DNA from: Lama glama
Taxonomy: Eukaryota
Direction: 5' to 3'
Length of the DNA stretch: 64,000 bases
Assembly (NCBI GenBank): GCA_028534125.1
Contig: CM052817.1
Coordinates: 5,272,001-5,336,000, forward strand
The notes beneath the pieces are model-generated. The model did not search any database. It was not told where the DNA came from and saw nothing but the letters and a program-made list of their open reading frames with translations. Both the position numbers and the translations under genes were made by a program. Shown piece by piece: positions 61,311 through 64,000 of this stretch (its first letter is position 1; the number at the start of each line of letters is the position of its first letter).

Positions 61311-61619
61311 TTGAAGATCTGGGAGGCTCATTCTCAAGGCAGCCACACATTCCTTAGAATCCAGTAAGGGTGGCCCAGTGTGAGGTAGGGGAACCCAAGG
61401 AGGGTGCCATGTAGGAGGGCTGCCAGTGTGAGTGCTGGAGCTCTGGCTGAGCATGGGATCCAGGGTGTGGAAGGGGGACCCACAGACATGCTGGAGCCCA
61501 AGCAGGGTGAGGAGGGCTTCCAGGTAGGGAGAAAGCCTAGAACCAGGCGCCAGCCCTCCTTGGAGTAAGAAAGGCATCCTTGTAAGGGAAGGCGTGGCCT
61601 TGGAGAAGGAGGATTATTT

Positions 61620-62890
61620 ACACACAAGAGGACCGATCAGATAAGCAAATACATCAGAGGTAAAGGAAGAAACATTTCTCACTGTTGGAGAAGCCAGTTA
61701 CAAATATGGAAAGACCGGAATCTGGGAAGATGTCTATGGGGTGGATACTATTGGAGGTATTGATGTGAACTTGTGGTTTTTAATAGCTACATAAATGTAG
61801 AAATAAATGTACAGTAAAATATGTGTGCTTATATGTGCATTTGCACCTGTATATGCACGTGTACGTATATGTATATGTGTGTGTATATATGTATATACGT
61901 ATATATGCTCCTTAGTCATGTTTACTAGAGAACCTGAGAGCAATGATATTCCAAAAGCAGTGAGTACACTTGGCACCCAGATTTTGGCTTTTAAATACCA
62001 TTTTCAACTAAAAGGGAAGCAGCGACCCTTGGAGAAATAGGTGATTCCAAGACCCAGCAGGGATGAGCCTAGAACATATCGTTATCCTGAAATAAAGTGC
62101 TCAGAGAATGATGGGGCCAGATCAGGAGAACACAGAAGCCGTATCTGGAGCAATATGAATGTAAACAAATCTTTGATAGTAGTGAATTTTATCCCACACA
62201 ATCACATAGGAAACCACGAGTCTACAGGGCTCCAGATAACTGAATAAAGCAACTGTTTCACAAAGAACAGGTTATTTACATCTAAATATTTATCAATACA
62301 GTGAGAAACACAGTGAAAATAGTAACCTTACAGTGGGGAGCCCTGGAGGACAGCGCCTTACCCAGGCGGCCCAGGTGAACACCATCAGTAACGGGACACT
62401 TGTGCTGCCTGAGAAGCAGTGAGAAGAACGCAGCATCATTTCTGTGATATTTCGACCAAAGACACGTACCCTGAATTTGATTAGGATGAAATATCAGACA
62501 AACTCAGACCGAGGGACAGTGTATAAAACATCTGGCCTCTAATCTTCAAAATGGGCAAGGTCATGAACATCAAAGGAAGACTGAAGAACCACCCCAGGCC
62601 GAAGGAGACGAAAGGAGCTCGACATTTAAAGGCAATATGTGACTCTTAAACTGGACCCTTTTGCTATAAAGGACATTATTGGAACAAAAGGTGAAACTTG
62701 AGTGCAGTCTGAGGACCAAATGCAGAAATGCGTGATCTGAACTTCATGATTCTGGTGGTTGTTCTGTTTGCTGGAAATATACACTGAAGGACTCATGATG
62801 GGCACCATGCTGACGACTTACTCTCAGATGGTTCAGGAAACAAAGTTCTTTGTACTATACTTTCAGCTTTCCTGTAAATTTGAGAATATT
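61620..62890 (+). mobile_element. L1MC-like 3' UTR
   Basis: AAAGCAGTGAGTACACTTGGCACCCAGAT, AAATATCAGACAAACTCAGACCGAGGGACA, GGACATTATTGGAACAA, CTTACTCTCAGATGGTTCAG. Confidence 0.75.
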
Positions 62891-62934
62891 TTTTGTGTGT
62901 CTATATATATATGTATACATATATATGTTTGGAG

Positions 62935-63230
62935 TGTAGTTCTCCAGATTTCCACATGGCACACTCCTCACTAGAGCCAGGGTCTCTGCTCACCTGTACC
63001 CCCTCAGAGAAGCCTTTGAAAACAGCTCCTCATCTGGGTCCATCACCTGTGTCCCTTTACCTGCTTGTCTTTCTTCACAGTACTTTTCACTACTTGACAT
63101 TTTAATATGGGCTCCCCTGTCTATTGCTCGTTTCCTAACTGGCATGAGAGTCCCTGCGGGCTGGGACTCTGTTTTATCTATCCTCCTGCCCCCAGGGCCT
63201 AGATGAGTCCTGGCACCACGTGGTCGGTCA
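62935..63230 (+). mobile_element. LINE-2 3' fragment
   Basis: CACATGGCACACTCCTCAC, CCCTCAGAGAAGCCTT, TTTCTTCACAGTACTT, CCCCAGGGCCTAGA..CCTGGCAC. Confidence 0.65.
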
Positions 63231-64000
63231 GCGTGGAGGGCTCTGTAAAGTCCCTAGCATGGTGTGTGGTCACAGTTAGTACTCGGTAAGCAGGAAAATT
63301 AAAAAAGAAAAGAATATAACACTGACCAAGTTATGAAGTTGTTTGCTCAAGTCTTGGCACTACAGAGTCCAAGAGGTGAAAGATCAGGAAGAAAGAACAT
63401 AGCCTCTGCCTGAAGGCTGGAGAGGGGAACTCCTGGTGACAGCGGCTGGGTTCCAAAGCGTCTCCCATCTGCTCTTGGTGCCGGTCCCTTTCATGTTTTG
63501 TATCTGGGATACCACCCCCACTCCAGGGACTGGACCATGCCCCACAGGGGTGGTGCTTCTCTCTCCTGTGCACGCTCTGACTTTGCTTCCAATGCCTTTG
63601 AAATGGAGAAGAGTTTCTTATTTAACCAAAAGGCCATCTCCACTTGGGTATGCTCCAGTCCACAGACTGCTGCCTCCATGTTGAGAAACACAAAAGAATC
63701 TTGAAATGTGACTTTTCCAGATTTGATTTTGCTATTTGTAAATGCATACTGTAAGCAAATTGTGTTCCTCACAGTCCAATCCCTTCTTCAGAGTATTAAC
63801 ATCAACATTAAGAAGATGCAGAGCAATTGGAAACATTTGATATCCTTCTAGCCATTGAGGATGGATAAGATGGGGAGTTAGGGTTAGATAAGTATCTACC
63901 ACACTCTTGATAATCTTTGTGCCTCACTAGGAAATAGAGTTCCGTTTTGCCAGCTCCTACCAAGTTACCACTTGCTCATTCAACAAATATTTGTTTAGCA

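Noticed and set aside
1..64000. Assignment to a specific named locus
   Set aside because: No exon or sequence that I can recognise with confidence; naming a gene would be a guess.

Overview
This is mammalian nuclear DNA, most likely camelid (alpaca/llama/camel). The evidence is six tRNA-Ala(AGC)-derived SINE heads matching the camelid Vic-1 type, plus artiodactyl-type L1 3' ends. No protein-coding exon, functional RNA gene or prokaryote-type system is supported; the only recognisable ORFs are decayed LINE-1 ORF1/ORF2 pieces. The window looks intergenic or deep-intronic and is heavily filled with old repeats: MIR, L2, many MaLR/MLT LTRs, L1M, MER DNA transposons and ERV solo LTRs. Between the repeats lie two CpG islands (about 14.2-15.0 kb and 56.8-57.4 kb) and several repeat-free blocks rich in homeodomain, TCF and SOX motifs. 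This resembles the regulatory desert of a developmental transcription-factor gene, but the locus cannot be identified from sequence alone. The most notable observations are: (1) a single-TSD tRNA-Ala/L1-3'UTR chimeric retroposon; (2) a MER41-like solo LTR retaining a STAT GAS site; (3) a head-to-head SINE pair sharing diagnostic variants, one with an apparent 3' transduction; (4) an L1 apparently polyadenylated prematurely; (5) a near-consensus CTCF site. I cannot claim a new biological system. Repeat subfamily names come from memory of consensus sequences, and most old-repeat boundaries are approximate.
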